NCBI GenBank assembly: GCA_963823655.1
Contig: CAWGMK010000013.1
Location: 352,001 to 416,000, forward strand
Length of the DNA: 64,000 nucleotides
Direction of reading: 5' to 3'
Source of the DNA: an uncultured Bacillota bacterium
GTDB taxonomy: Bacteria > Bacillota > DTU025 > MWDF01
The notes below the pieces were generated by a model. The model was not told where the DNA came from. It ran no database searches and saw only the letters and a program-made list of their open reading frames with translations. Position numbers and translations under genes: made by a program. Positions 19,065 to 29,216 of the stretch are shown here, in pieces (within the stretch, counting starts at the first letter, position 1; each line of letters opens with the position of its first letter).

Positions 19065-19990
19065 CTTTTGGCACCCCCCTGGTACTGCCTGAGAATCGAT
19101 AATGCTTTCTTGAACTCGGCGCCCGGCTCGGAATTGAACTCCATCGCCCGCCCGTCGGCAGGATGGCTCAGCTGCAGCTTCACGGCGTGCAGTGCCTGCG
19201 AGCTCAAGGCCAATTCCCCGCTCGTCCCGCCGTACTGCAAGTCCCCTGCGACTGGATGGCCAATATAGCTCATGTGCGCCCTGATCTGGTGCGTCCGGCC
19301 CGTCTGCAGTTTAAGCTCCACCAGCGTATAGCCCTGGAACCTCTCGAGAACCTTGAAGAAGGTAACGGCGCTTCGCCCGTCGGGTTTTGCCGACATCTTC
19401 TTCCTGTCATTTGTGTTTCTACCTAAGGGCACGTCAATCCTTCCCGATTCCTCCCCAAAGCCGCCCTTTACTATCGCATGGTAGGTCCTGCCCATCCTGC
19501 GCGCCGCAAGATCTGCCGAAAGCTTGATATGGGAGTTGTCGTTCTTGGCTACGACCATCAGGCCGGATGTGTCCTTGTCCAAGCGGTGGACGATTCCGGG
19601 CCTTGCCACCCCGCCGATGGAAGAAAGGCCGCCCTCCCTGCCCAAAAGCAGGTTCACGAGAGTCCCCGTGCTTCTGCCGGCCCCCGGGTGCACCGTAAGC
19701 CCTTTAGGCTTGTCGACGACTATGATATCCTCATCTTCATACACTACGGCCAGCTCGCCGGATTCTGCCGCTAATTCTGACTTTCCAGGCACGTCAGGGA
19801 AGTCCACCAGGACCTCATCCCCTGTTTGCATCCTGTATGAAGCCTTCTCTGCCCTGCCGTTTACGCCCACTTTGCCGGTTTCGATAAGCTTTGCTGCAAA
19901 AGAGCGCGAAGGGGCCAAAGACCCCTTCGCAAGGAAAGTATCCAACCTTGTCCCCGAATCCTCGGAGGCTGCGGTTGCGTTGCGGAACAT
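19061..19990 (-). CDS. rluD: RluD/RluA family pseudouridine synthase
   Basis: S4 domain, RPGIVHRLDKDTSGL, TGRTHQIR. Confidence 0.93.
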   Translation of the reverse strand: MFRNATAASEDSGTRLDTFLAKGSLAPSRSFAAKLIETGKVGVNGRAEKASYRMQTGDEVLVDFPDVPGKSELAAESGELAVVYEDEDIIVVDKPKGLTVHPGAGRSTGTLVNLLLGREGGLSSIGGVARPGIVHRLDKDTSGLMVVAKNDNSHIKLSADLAARRMGRTYHAIVKGGFGEESGRIDVPLGRNTNDRKKMSAKPDGRSAVTFFKVLERFQGYTLVELKLQTGRTHQIRAHMSYIGHPVAGDLQYGGTSGELALSSQALHAVKLQLSHPADGRAMEFNSEPGAEFKKALSILRQYQGGAKR

Positions 19991-20742
19991 TATCCCCTAG
20001 CCTTCCTCTTCCCCAGCTCGATTACTATCACGCCCACTGCGGCCAGGAAAGTCACCACTGTGAATACCTGTGTCAGCGTAAGCGGAGAGAAGTAGTCCCT
20101 AGGCCCCACCCTGAAGAATTCTATCGCGAACCTTCCGGCGGAGTATATTGCGACGTACAGCCAAATGAGCAGTCCCTTGAACTTCTCGGACTTCTTAAGG
20201 AACAGGAACAGGAGCACTGCGAACATCAAGAATCCCAGTATCGATGCATACAGCTGGGTAGGATGCCTTAGCACCTCGCCGGGTCCGCAGGCAAGCGCCC
20301 ACGAGACGTCGGAAGGAAGGCCATAGCAGCAGCCATTGGCAAGACAGCCGAGCCTTACGATGCCGTAGCCTAGCGTAAGTACTACTGCGCCGACATCGGA
20401 TCCGTCGGCGAAGCTTACCTTACGCACCCTTGTGAACAGCCAGCCGGTCAGGATGCCGCCTATCGCGCCACCTATGAAGGAAAGGCCGCCGTCACGAAGG
20501 TATATGATGCTAATCGGGTCCGAGCTGTACTGGTCGAAGTTGAGGATGACGTACAGAAGCCTTGCGGTAAGTATCGAGACGATGCATATTATCAGGGCAG
20601 CGTCTATCACCGTGTCGCTCTTAAGGCCCCTCTTCTTGCCTATGATGGCCGCCACCAGCGTACAGACTATGAATGCGAGCGCAAGCGATACGCCCCAGGT
20701 AAGGATGGGATAACCTGCTACTTTGAACAAGGTCGGGAACAA
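19990..20742 (-). CDS. lgt: Prolipoprotein diacylglyceryl transferase
   Basis: ARLLYV, GGLSF.GG, RLGCLANGCCYG, HPTQLY, RFAIEFFR. Confidence 0.9.
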   Translation of the reverse strand: MFPTLFKVAGYPILTWGVSLALAFIVCTLVAAIIGKKRGLKSDTVIDAALIICIVSILTARLLYVILNFDQYSSDPISIIYLRDGGLSFIGGAIGGILTGWLFTRVRKVSFADGSDVGAVVLTLGYGIVRLGCLANGCCYGLPSDVSWALACGPGEVLRHPTQLYASILGFLMFAVLLFLFLKKSEKFKGLLIWLYVAIYSAGRFAIEFFRVGPRDYFSPLTLTQVFTVVTFLAAVGVIVIELGKRKARG

Positions 20743-20760
20743 TGAAACTCCTCCTCTCGA

Positions 20761-21270
20761 CTACGAAGCACGAAATATTGCATAGATGAATACGATCGAT
20801 CCGAGAACTATGAATGCGTCCGCGAAGTTGAACACCTGGAACAGCGGTACAATAGGGACTTCGATGAAATCAATAACGCTGCCCAGCCTGATCCTGTCTA
20901 TCATATTCCCCACGGATCCTGCCAATACCACAGCAGCAGAAACCCTTGCGACCTTTCCCATGTTCCACAGGCTCCGCCAGAAGATCAGCGCCCCTGCCGC
21001 CATAAGGACCGCTATCGCAATGATCAGCCACCTTTTCCCGGACATTATCCCGAAGGCCGCCCCGTCATTGAAGATGAGCGTGAACCTCAAGAGCCTGCCC
21101 AAAGGGGTCGCAACCGTCTGATACGGCCTGATAAGCTGCAGTGCCGCGAACTTCGACAGCTGGTCCGCCGCGAGGAGCATTCCAGAGACTATCGCAAGCC
21201 ACCTGTAAGCCCTGCCGACAACGAAATCTTCATTGCCCTTGGCACTACCGCACGAATTCGATTCTATCAC
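20761..21270 (-). CDS. lspA: Lipoprotein signal peptidase II
   Basis: DQLSK, NDGAAFG, GNMIDR, VIDF, FNFAD; exact start uncertain. Confidence 0.92.
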   Translation of the reverse strand: MIESNSCGSAKGNEDFVVGRAYRWLAIVSGMLLAADQLSKFAALQLIRPYQTVATPLGRLLRFTLIFNDGAAFGIMSGKRWLIIAIAVLMAAGALIFWRSLWNMGKVARVSAAVVLAGSVGNMIDRIRLGSVIDFIEVPIVPLFQVFNFADAFIVLGSIVFIYAIFRAS

Positions 21271-21299
21271 ACGCTTGCCTGCCCTTCAATAAAGCCGTA

Positions 21300-21902
21300 C
21301 TAAAGGCTGTAATCAATTCCTGATGTCGCCTCGAAATCGTCAATCAGCTGCTTGTAGACTTCCAAATATCCCTTCATCCTCGCCCTGAGGGCCGATTCCT
21401 GCGCCGAAAGGTCTGCTAGCCTGCGCTCTGCAGCCTTGATCTTCTCGTCCGCATCCTTGGCTATTCCTGCTGCCTCGCGGGTGGCCTCGTTGATTATCGA
21501 GGACGCCTCCTTTGATGCAGTGGACCTTGCATCCTCTGCCGCCTTCTGGGCCATGGCAAGGATCTCTTTGATGCTCTTTGCGGCATCGTCCCAGTCCGGG
21601 CCGCTATATTGTACAGGTTCGGCCAGCACGGGCTCTTGCATCCTGACCGGCATCCGCTCCTGGGCCGCCGGTTTGTCTGCGATCCTGTCTGCGGCCTCGG
21701 CAGAGCGTGCTGGAGCAGCCGGTGCCGGGGGGGCCATCTCGGGCGCCTCCTGGTCGGCAGATCCCGAATTCTTCCTGTAGAACCTGTACAGCGCCTCATA
21801 ATCGCCTATGAGAAGGCCCAGGAAATCGTCCACTTCATTGCGGTCGTACCCGCGCATCCTGACCGAGAACTCCTTGTTTTTCAGCTCAAGGGGAGATATC
21901 AT
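21300..21902 (-). CDS. divIVA: DivIVA family protein
   Basis: Own RBS (GGAGG) and ATG at 21902; MISPLELKNKEFSVRMRGYDRNEVDDFL followed by coiled coil. Confidence 0.9.
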   Translation of the reverse strand: MISPLELKNKEFSVRMRGYDRNEVDDFLGLLIGDYEALYRFYRKNSGSADQEAPEMAPPAPAAPARSAEAADRIADKPAAQERMPVRMQEPVLAEPVQYSGPDWDDAAKSIKEILAMAQKAAEDARSTASKEASSIINEATREAAGIAKDADEKIKAAERRLADLSAQESALRARMKGYLEVYKQLIDDFEATSGIDYSL

Positions 21903-21913
21903 CGGCAACCCTC

Positions 21914-22694
21914 CTATATCACGGAGTATCTGGAAATCCTTATCGACAGGCGCCCCTTCTTGGTGATCGGGCCCTCTTCGTCCACTGTGAGCCTGCCCCT
22001 GCCGCGCATCACGATTACATCGCCCTAGTTTGATCTTGGCAGCAGAATCTGTTACAACCCTGCCGTTGAGCTTCGCCCTGCCAAGCTCGATCTCGGCTGC
22101 AAGGCGCGTCCTGCTAGCCGGAAAGCCGCATGCCGCCACCGCATCGAACCTCATGGAATTCACCGTGGCCCTGATGGGCTTAGCCTGTTGGCCTGGCAAT
22201 GCTATATCGTAAGGGTCGACGACCTTCACCGCGAACGGCAGCCCCCTGACGTCAATACCTTTGGATGCCAGCTTCTCCGCCGCCTGAATGCTAGCTACGC
22301 CGCAGACATCGGCACCAGAGAGGAACAGGTCGCCCAGCTCGGATTCCTGTACGCCCGCCGCCTTCACATAAGTAAGCATCTCATCGACTCCGGCATCGGG
22401 CGCCTTGATGCAGAAATATCCTATCTCCGGCTCGAACCCTTCCCAGTCGTACCCAACCGGGGCGATTGCCACTTTTGCCCTGCTGGAACCGCGGTACCCG
22501 CCATAGGTCCTGTATACTGCCTCAGACGATTTAAATAGCGCGGACTTTACGGCATCGCACGATTTCGAATCAAGAAACTGGGTGAGCGCCGGCCTGTTGT
22601 GCGCCAATGCCCTGTCGAAGGCCGCCTGGGCCGCTCCCGCCGCCTGTTCGCCTGCAATTGCCGCTACCCTGTCGTAAAGTTTCAAACCGATCAC
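21914..22694 (-). CDS. ylmH: YlmH S4-domain RNA-binding protein (frameshift near 22024)
   Basis: TQFLD, YGGY, SMRFDAV. Removing one G restores KLGDVIVMRGRGRLTVDEEGPITKKGRLSIRISRYSVI* (TAG at 21914). Confidence 0.8.
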
Positions 22695-23383
22695 CTCTGC
22701 CCGAAAATGGCCCTTCCTATCCTGACCATGGTGGCGCCCTCAATGATGGCCTCCTCGAAGTCCGAGGACATGCCCATCGAAAGCACCTTCATGTCGGTAT
22801 TTGCAAAACCTGCGGCTCGCGCCCTCTCGAATACTTCCCTTGCCCTGGGAAAATAGGAGCTTGAGTCCTCGGCGGGCGGTATCACCATAATCCCTGCACA
22901 AGTGAGGCTTTTAAGCTCTGCGAAATGGGCAAGGAGCTCACCCAGCACATCCGGTCCGAGGCCGGATTTTCCCTGTTCTCCGGCTATATTTACTTCGACT
23001 AGCACTTCCATGCGCTTGCCCATGTCAGCGCAAGCACTATTCAGCGCATCCGCAAGTCCCGTCGAATTTACGCTTTGCACCATGCTGAAGATTTTAGCGG
23101 CCTTTTTGGCCTTGTTCCTCTGTAATCCTCCGACCATATGCAGAAGGGCGCCTTCGGGCATTAAAGGGGCCTTCGCCTCGGCCTCCTGCACATAATTCTC
23201 CCCGAACTCCCTAATTCCTGCATCAAAGGCCTTTAGTATGGCTTCGGCCGGCTTTCTCTTGCTGATGCCGATCAGCCGGATCTCGCCGGGCTTCCTGCCG
23301 GAGCTGATGGCCGCGCGCCTGACCCTTTCCATTACCTCGGCGGCGTTCCTGCCGACTTGGGCCAGCTCATGCTCATCCATCAT
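22691..23383 (-). CDS. yggS: PLP homeostasis protein YggS/YlmE
   Basis: FGENYVQE, LQRNK, LSMGMSSDF, GATMVRIG. Confidence 0.95.
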   Translation of the reverse strand: MMDEHELAQVGRNAAEVMERVRRAAISSGRKPGEIRLIGISKRKPAEAILKAFDAGIREFGENYVQEAEAKAPLMPEGALLHMVGGLQRNKAKKAAKIFSMVQSVNSTGLADALNSACADMGKRMEVLVEVNIAGEQGKSGLGPDVLGELLAHFAELKSLTCAGIMVIPPAEDSSSYFPRAREVFERARAAGFANTDMKVLSMGMSSDFEEAIIEGATMVRIGRAIFGQR

Positions 23384-24566
23384 ATCTCACCTTGTCGCCC
23401 TGCCTTAGGGAATTGGACCTTACGGCGGCCTCCCCGTCCACAATCCCCAGGACCTCAACTTCCACTTCTATGAAGCGGTCCTGCCTCATGACCCTGACCA
23501 CGGACTTGCCGTCCCCTGTGGAAATCGCCCTGGCGGGCACTATCAGGCCGGAGTAGCTTTCCAAAAGCAGCTCCACTTCGACTGTCCTCATGCCGGTCAT
23601 TGAGGTCACATACCTGTCCAGCGAGAGGTATGCCCTTACGGTGCCGTCGTCTGCCGTCTTGCTGGCTTTAAGCTTGGCTGCCACTTTCTCGGACGACATC
23701 CTGGTGAACCTGAGCCTGTGCATGCTGCCGGGCAATAGGAACTCAGGGTCAACGCCCTGCAGGTACAAAAGCACATCGGTGCTGAGGCTGCCCACCTCCC
23801 TGAAGACTATGTCCCCAGCTAATAGGGCATCTCCCGGCTTTCTGACATTTTCCGAGGCCTCTTCCGAAATGGAGTAGTCCATGTCCAGGAGAGTGAGATT
23901 GGCAGGGGACAGCTCGTCCTCCAGCCCGTCCCATTCAAAGCTTACAACTGCCTGCCGGCCCGTCCTCACCTTTACTCCGCCCAGCTCTGCGTCCGCGGAC
24001 ACCGGAGACGGGGCGTCCATCGCCGCCTCAAGCTTCGCGTCATATTCCTCGGATGCTGCCACTTTTGCGGCAATTGCCTCCGCTACCCTGTCCTTTGAAT
24101 CCTGGACTTCCTTTTTCAGCCTCTCGGCGCTTCTGCTGTCCCCCCGGTTCAGGTAGATGGCAAGCTCAGCCTCCTTGGCGGAAAGGAATATCCTCGCATC
24201 GCTAAGTGCAGCATCCGCTTTCTCCAAAAGAAGCAGCGCCAAATCAGCCTCGTCCTTCAGCTTCTGGGCGACGTCCACCACCTCGGCCGGCTCAGGCAGG
24301 CCGCCGATTCTTGCCGCTACCCCGCCTTTGGCCAGCCTTTCGCCCTCTTTAGCAACGGGATTGAAGCTTCCGGGGGCTGATGCCGGCACCAGCCTCTCGT
24401 CTCTGATGACAAGCGCGTTGCAGGAGGCAAACCTCTCCACAGTGCCCTCCTGGACGATGATGGTAGGCGTTACCCTGCCTATGAGCGAGTCATATACCAT
24501 GGAGTAAGCCACGGTCAGGAAGATCAGGGCCAGGGCGATAAGCACCCACAACCCGAACCTTCTCAT
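23373..24566 (-). CDS. HlyD-like membrane fusion/adaptor protein of unknown function
   Basis: N-terminal TM, barrel-sandwich motif (EGERLAKGG), coiled coil, C-terminal GLIVPARAI...LRQGDKV. Confidence 0.7.
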   Translation of the reverse strand: MRRFGLWVLIALALIFLTVAYSMVYDSLIGRVTPTIIVQEGTVERFASCNALVIRDERLVPASAPGSFNPVAKEGERLAKGGVAARIGGLPEPAEVVDVAQKLKDEADLALLLLEKADAALSDARIFLSAKEAELAIYLNRGDSRSAERLKKEVQDSKDRVAEAIAAKVAASEEYDAKLEAAMDAPSPVSADAELGGVKVRTGRQAVVSFEWDGLEDELSPANLTLLDMDYSISEEASENVRKPGDALLAGDIVFREVGSLSTDVLLYLQGVDPEFLLPGSMHRLRFTRMSSEKVAAKLKASKTADDGTVRAYLSLDRYVTSMTGMRTVEVELLLESYSGLIVPARAISTGDGKSVVRVMRQDRFIEVEVEVLGIVDGEAAVRSNSLRQGDKVRYDG

Positions 24567-24628
24567 ATATTCCCCGCCTGAGCTACGGTTTTCGACGCCG
24601 TGCCCGCCCGATTGCGCCTTATCGTCCA

Positions 24629-25444
24629 TTAGCCTTGCAGCGAGGCGGCAATCGCCGCCGAACGCCCCGTCCTTCCCTTATCTCTCCTGTGCGAGAAGAA
24701 CATGCCCTCCTCGCAGGAAGTGCACCCTTCATAGCTGGATATATGGCTCTTGGTAAAACCGAGGGATAACAGCTGAAGCTCGTTGGCATACCCAAGGTCG
24801 GCCCTTATGATGCCCGCTTCCCTGCTGATCGCAGGCGCGCAGAATTCCATCGAGGATATTGCGTCTGCGACTTCCTCCCCCACTTCATAGCAGCACGGCC
24901 TGATATGAGGGCCGATGGCGGCTATGCAGTCGGCGGCATTCTCTTTTGTGATGCCCATTGAATCTGCCAGGGCCAGGCACGCGCCAAGCGCCGTCCCTCG
25001 CCAACCCGCATGCACTACGCCTATGCGCCCTGTCTTTGGGTTTGCAATCACAATCGGCACGCAGTCAGCGAAAGTGCCAATCAGGGACACTCCCGGACGG
25101 CTTGTGAATATCCCGTCCGTCCCTGGGATCGAGCCTTCCGGCAGCATACCGCCGCCGATGGCGCCATCCTCGACTTCTTGAATCCTTACGCCATGGATCT
25201 GCCTCATGGAGGCGGCCTTTGACGGATCCAAACCCAGCTCGGTAAGCACAAGCTCCCTGTTCTTTATGACATTCGAGGGATCGTCCGGAACGCCAAAGCC
25301 CATGTTCAGCCCGTCGAAAGGAGGAGGGCTCCACCCGCCCTTCCTGGTAGTAAAGGCCGCGATGAAGCCCTCTTCGGCGAATATCCTCGATTTCAGCAGG
25401 ACCAGGCCTTCCCGGCCCTCACAAAGCTTAAAATCGCCGCCCAC
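24629..25444 (-). CDS. pgeF: PgeF/YlmD/YfiH family (peptidoglycan editing / purine nucleoside phosphorylase)
   Basis: FTTRKGG, QIHG, DG..T, ADCVPI, HAGWRG, GP.I..CCYEVG, FFSHR. Confidence 0.93.
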   Translation of the reverse strand: MGGDFKLCEGREGLVLLKSRIFAEEGFIAAFTTRKGGWSPPPFDGLNMGFGVPDDPSNVIKNRELVLTELGLDPSKAASMRQIHGVRIQEVEDGAIGGGMLPEGSIPGTDGIFTSRPGVSLIGTFADCVPIVIANPKTGRIGVVHAGWRGTALGACLALADSMGITKENAADCIAAIGPHIRPCCYEVGEEVADAISSMEFCAPAISREAGIIRADLGYANELQLLSLGFTKSHISSYEGCTSCEEGMFFSHRRDKGRTGRSAAIAASLQG

Positions 25445-25447
25445 TTT

Positions 25448-26005
25448 TCATTCCCTGCCAGTATAGGCTACTATTCCATCGGCGATTATGTCGCCGGACG
25501 CCGTCTTGATGAAGTAAAGTTTTGACCCTTCCGCGGGGTTCTTCTTCTTCTCCATGACCCCCTGATGCCTTACGATGACCTGCTTCTTGGGGTCGATATG
25601 CCCGTTTCTGAGCATCATGTAATCATGCATTATGACTGTGTCTCCGGCAGAAAGGCGCTCCACTTCTGTGCAGACTTCCTTCCCGCCCCTGATGATGGGG
25701 ATTATGGTTCCGCAGGCGAACTTCGCCTTGCCCTTCCTTACCGCAACCGTAACGGTCGTTTCGTGCTCCCAGAAGCTCCTTCTGGCAAGCTCCTCGATTT
25801 CCGTCCAGCCCGAAGCGCTAAGGACCTTTATGTTGAGCTGAGGCCAGCCTTCGGGGCACCCTTCAGCGTCAAGATAGGCATCGAACCAGCTGACATCCGT
25901 CTTCAGTATTTCCGCCCCGTCTTTTAGCAGTACGACCTCGGCCCCTTCGGGCAATCCGCCTGCAAAATTGGGATCGGCCTGCGTGATCCTGTTTTCCTGT
26001 GGCAT
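25448..26005 (-). CDS. Hypothetical protein with a degenerate HINT (intein-like) fold, catalytic residues absent
   Basis: AAGGAG RBS; 14 nt after the ftsZ stop. Block-like segments: GLPEGAEVVLLKDG (A), KVLSASGWTEI, VERLSAGDTV, LYFIKTASGDIIADGIVAYT (F/G). Confidence 0.65.
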   Translation of the reverse strand: MPQENRITQADPNFAGGLPEGAEVVLLKDGAEILKTDVSWFDAYLDAEGCPEGWPQLNIKVLSASGWTEIEELARRSFWEHETTVTVAVRKGKAKFACGTIIPIIRGGKEVCTEVERLSAGDTVIMHDYMMLRNGHIDPKKQVIVRHQGVMEKKKNPAEGSKLYFIKTASGDIIADGIVAYTGRE

Positions 26006-26019
26006 TGATTATGCTCCTT

Positions 26020-27129
26020 CTATCGCCTGAGAAACGGCGGGATATCCTCGTCGTCTTCCTGTACGGGCCCGCTGGGCGCCCTGGGTGCCTGCACCGGCTT
26101 TACATCGGCGTTATAGGTGGGCGCCTGCCTTTGCGGCGCCGTGCGCCTTTGCATGATGCCCCTCATGTTAGCCGACTGGTCGCTGAAGCCCGCGGCGATT
26201 ACGGTGATTTTCACTTTGCCCTCCATGGTAGGGTCCACGACGGATCCGAAAATGACCATGGCATCAGGGTCTACGCTGTCATGTATGTGTCCGGCTGCCT
26301 GATACACTTCGCTGAGCGTCAGGTCGTCGCCGCCCGTGACGTTGAAAAGAACGCCCTTGGCGCCTTGAATGGAGGCTTCCAGCAGAGGGCTCGAGATGGC
26401 CTCCTTGGCGGCCACAAGCGCCCTGTCCTCGCCCTCGGCGATGCCGATTCCCATAAGGGCCGAGCCCGCGTTGGTCATGATGGTCTTCACGTCCGCGAAG
26501 TCCACGTTCACCTCGCCGGCCTTCACGATTACGTCGGTGATGCCCTGTATGCCCTGCCTGAGCACGTCGTCGGCTACCCTGAAAGCTTCCGACAGCCTGG
26601 TGTTCTTCTCGACCACCGTCAAGAGCCTCTCGTTCGGTATTATTATCAGGGTGTCTACCTTGCTTCTGAGCTCCTCAATGCCTTTTATGGCGAAGTCGGA
26701 CCTTCTGGCACCCTCGAAGTTGAACGGCTTGGTAACTACGCCGACCGTCAAAGCGCCGGTCTGCCGGGCTATCTCGGCGATGAGTGGGCTTGCCCCCGTG
26801 CCGGTGCCGCCGCCCATGCCTGCAGTCACAAAGACCATGTCCGCGCCGGACAGGGCCTCAGTTATGTTATCCCTGCTCTCTTCGGCCGCCTGTTTGCCCA
26901 CCTCGGGGTTCGCGCCTGCGCCCAAACCCTTTGTGAGGTTCGCGCCCAGCTGGACTTTCTTGGGCGCCAGGCTCCTTGAGAGCGCCTGGGCATCCGTATT
27001 CATGCTTATGAATTCGACGCCGTCTATGCCTGCTTCTACCATCCTGTTTACGGCATTGCATCCGGCGCCGCCAACACCTACTACTTTTATCTTCGCCGAT
27101 CCGAGGCCCTCAGCTTCTACTACGAACAT
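26020..27129 (-). CDS. ftsZ: Cell division protein FtsZ
   Basis: [17 protein letters not shown] tubulin motif, NVDFADV, C-terminal DIPPFLRR. Confidence 0.99.
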   Translation of the reverse strand: MFVVEAEGLGSAKIKVVGVGGAGCNAVNRMVEAGIDGVEFISMNTDAQALSRSLAPKKVQLGANLTKGLGAGANPEVGKQAAEESRDNITEALSGADMVFVTAGMGGGTGTGASPLIAEIARQTGALTVGVVTKPFNFEGARRSDFAIKGIEELRSKVDTLIIIPNERLLTVVEKNTRLSEAFRVADDVLRQGIQGITDVIVKAGEVNVDFADVKTIMTNAGSALMGIGIAEGEDRALVAAKEAISSPLLEASIQGAKGVLFNVTGGDDLTLSEVYQAAGHIHDSVDPDAMVIFGSVVDPTMEGKVKITVIAAGFSDQSANMRGIMQRRTAPQRQAPTYNADVKPVQAPRAPSGPVQEDDEDIPPFLRR

Positions 27130-27148
27130 TAGACTGTCCCCCTCATGC

Positions 27149-28405
27149 TCAGTTAAGGTCTATCAATCCTTTTAATAGGTTCTTCATTCCCCTGCCGGGG
27201 CTCTTTTCGCGCTTCTGGTTCGACGAATCCCCGCCTGATCTCTGATCCATAAGGCACGTCCTCACAAGGCCGGCCACTGCCGACATCTGCGGGTAGTCGA
27301 TCTCCTTCGGGAGGCTCAATGTCGCAGACGGCCTTGCCAGCCTCGCCGGGACTTTGAGGTTCTCCTGTATGTATTCCGGCAGGTAGGGCATCAGGCTTCC
27401 GCCGCCCGTAAGCACTATGCCAGAGGGGAGCCTTCCCAAAAGCCCCTCCTGCTCAAGCATCAATGCCACCTGCTCAACAATCTCGTATACCCTCGCCTCT
27501 ATGACGCGGCACAGCTCGCACCTCGAAATCGCGGATCCCAACGATGCGTCCGCACCCACCGCCATGCTAGTGGAGTCTATGATCTCGTCCTTGTCCACCA
27601 TGGCTGGCCTTGCGGTGCCGAACTTGACCTTCAGGTTCTCGGCATGCGTCACCGGCACTTGCAGCACCTGGGCGATGTCCCTGGTTATGTTGGAGCTGCC
27701 TATCGGAATTATCCCGAGGCGGATAAGGCTCTTCTCTGTATAAATCGCTATGTCTGTGGTCCCCGCACCGATGTCCACGACAGCAGCGCCCCATTCTTTC
27801 TCCTCAGGCGTAAGGACCGCTTCAGCTGAGCAGATCGCGTTTGCATATTTGCCGGCAAGCTCCGTCCTAAGGGGGCGAATCGCCGCCTCGCAGGCCTCAA
27901 GCTGGGAGGTCCCTGCGGTAAGGACAATCGCGTCCACTTCGAGCCTGACTGCGCCCATGCCTATTGGCCTGTCAATGCCTCTTTGCCCGTCGACGATGAT
28001 GTCCCTGGGCACTATGCCAAGCAGGGAGGAATCCTCAGGAAGCCTCACAACGCCGGCGTAGCCTATCACCTTGTCCAAGTCCTCCTGGGTGATGCGCCTC
28101 GGCCCCTTTTCCAGGGGGATCATGCCGTTGGACCTCTGGGAGCCGATATGCTTCCCGCCTATGCCGACGACAGCCTGTCCTGCAAGCATGCCGCTCTTAT
28201 CCTCAGCTTTGGTAACGGCCGCGGAAATTGCGGCGGCTGCGGCTTCCACGTCCGTGATCATGCCCTTTTTCACGCCCTCGGACGCGACAACCCCGAATCC
28301 TTCAACGACGGGGTTGCCAGCCAGGTCGGCTGTGAACATCAATGCCGCTATCTTCGATGAGCCTATATCGATGGCGATTATTCCGTTCTTATCGTTTCTG
28401 CCCAT
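27149..28405 (-). CDS. ftsA: Cell division protein FtsA
   Basis: [32 protein letters not shown]. Confidence 0.95.
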   Translation of the reverse strand: MGRNDKNGIIAIDIGSSKIAALMFTADLAGNPVVEGFGVVASEGVKKGMITDVEAAAAAISAAVTKAEDKSGMLAGQAVVGIGGKHIGSQRSNGMIPLEKGPRRITQEDLDKVIGYAGVVRLPEDSSLLGIVPRDIIVDGQRGIDRPIGMGAVRLEVDAIVLTAGTSQLEACEAAIRPLRTELAGKYANAICSAEAVLTPEEKEWGAAVVDIGAGTTDIAIYTEKSLIRLGIIPIGSSNITRDIAQVLQVPVTHAENLKVKFGTARPAMVDKDEIIDSTSMAVGADASLGSAISRCELCRVIEARVYEIVEQVALMLEQEGLLGRLPSGIVLTGGGSLMPYLPEYIQENLKVPARLARPSATLSLPKEIDYPQMSAVAGLVRTCLMDQRSGGDSSNQKREKSPGRGMKNLLKGLIDLN

Positions 28406-28424
28406 TCCACCAAAAGCCACAAGC

Positions 28425-29216
28425 CTACTTGGTACCAAGCACCGGCCTGTCGGCTATCCTCACATCTATATACTTAAATGCCTGCTTCCTGGCCCTTGCG
28501 CCTGATAGGATGTCGACGGCCATGGCCAGCTTTTCCTCTATGCCGTCAGCGGCGCCAAGCAATATTCTGGAACCCTCATTAGTAATTATAACAATATCCT
28601 GCATGTCTTTCACATTAACTTCGGAGATGTTGGGCACGTTCTTCTGGCGAAGTTGCGCGCCGAGGCTGCATGCTGCCTCGATCCTGCTTGCCGGTTTGAC
28701 CTTCTCGCCAAGCAGCGCGAAGGTGGGGACGAAGCCCGTGATTATGGGCAGGTTAGGATCGGTTATCGCCTCTGAGACTCCAATTGCGAGGCCTCCCGCG
28801 TCCAGCTCCATGAAGAATCCCCCGTAGGGCAAGTAGGCCACAGTCTGCCTTTCGACTATTGTGATCTCAAGTTTCGAGGGGTAGCTCTTCCTGATGATCG
28901 CAGACTCAATCCGGGGCGCCATCATAAGGCGCTCGGCTATGCCCTTCGATCTTATAAGCAACATGTTCCTGTCGCGCGGCACCCTGGCGAGCTCCTCGAC
29001 TTCCATGGCCGAGAAATGCAAGTTGCCGGCAACTCCTACTTCCCTTACGTCGAACGCAGGCGAATACAGGAATGTGATTACGGCGATCATGGCGAAGGCA
29101 AGGAGTATTGGCAACGCCGCAGGCCTGGGCAAAGCCCTCTGCCTGCCTCCCACCGAGAACGTGCTATTCCCTTTGCCCGCTGGCATTCCTGCCGGGCTAT
29201 CGCTCATCCCAATCAC
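28425..29216 (-). CDS. ftsQ: Cell division protein FtsQ/DivIB
   Basis: TM, POTRA domain (V.GN...YPSKLEITIVER), C-terminal YIDVR; directly upstream of ftsA. Confidence 0.85.
   Translation of the reverse strand: MIGMSDSPAGMPAGKGNSTFSVGGRQRALPRPAALPILLAFAMIAVITFLYSPAFDVREVGVAGNLHFSAMEVEELARVPRDRNMLLIRSKGIAERLMMAPRIESAIIRKSYPSKLEITIVERQTVAYLPYGGFFMELDAGGLAIGVSEAITDPNLPIITGFVPTFALLGEKVKPASRIEAACSLGAQLRQKNVPNISEVNVKDMQDIVIITNEGSRILLGAADGIEEKLAMAVDILSGARARKQAFKYIDVRIADRPVLGTK

Noticed and set aside
21300-22694. Apparent 464-aa YlmH-DivIVA fusion
   Set aside because: One extra G near 22024 explains it; divIVA has its own RBS/ATG and corrected ylmH ends at 21914
25448-27129. Intein inserted in, or split from, FtsZ
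   Set aside because: FtsZ is intact with a normal C-terminal peptide and stop; the HINT-like ORF has its own RBS and lacks splicing residues
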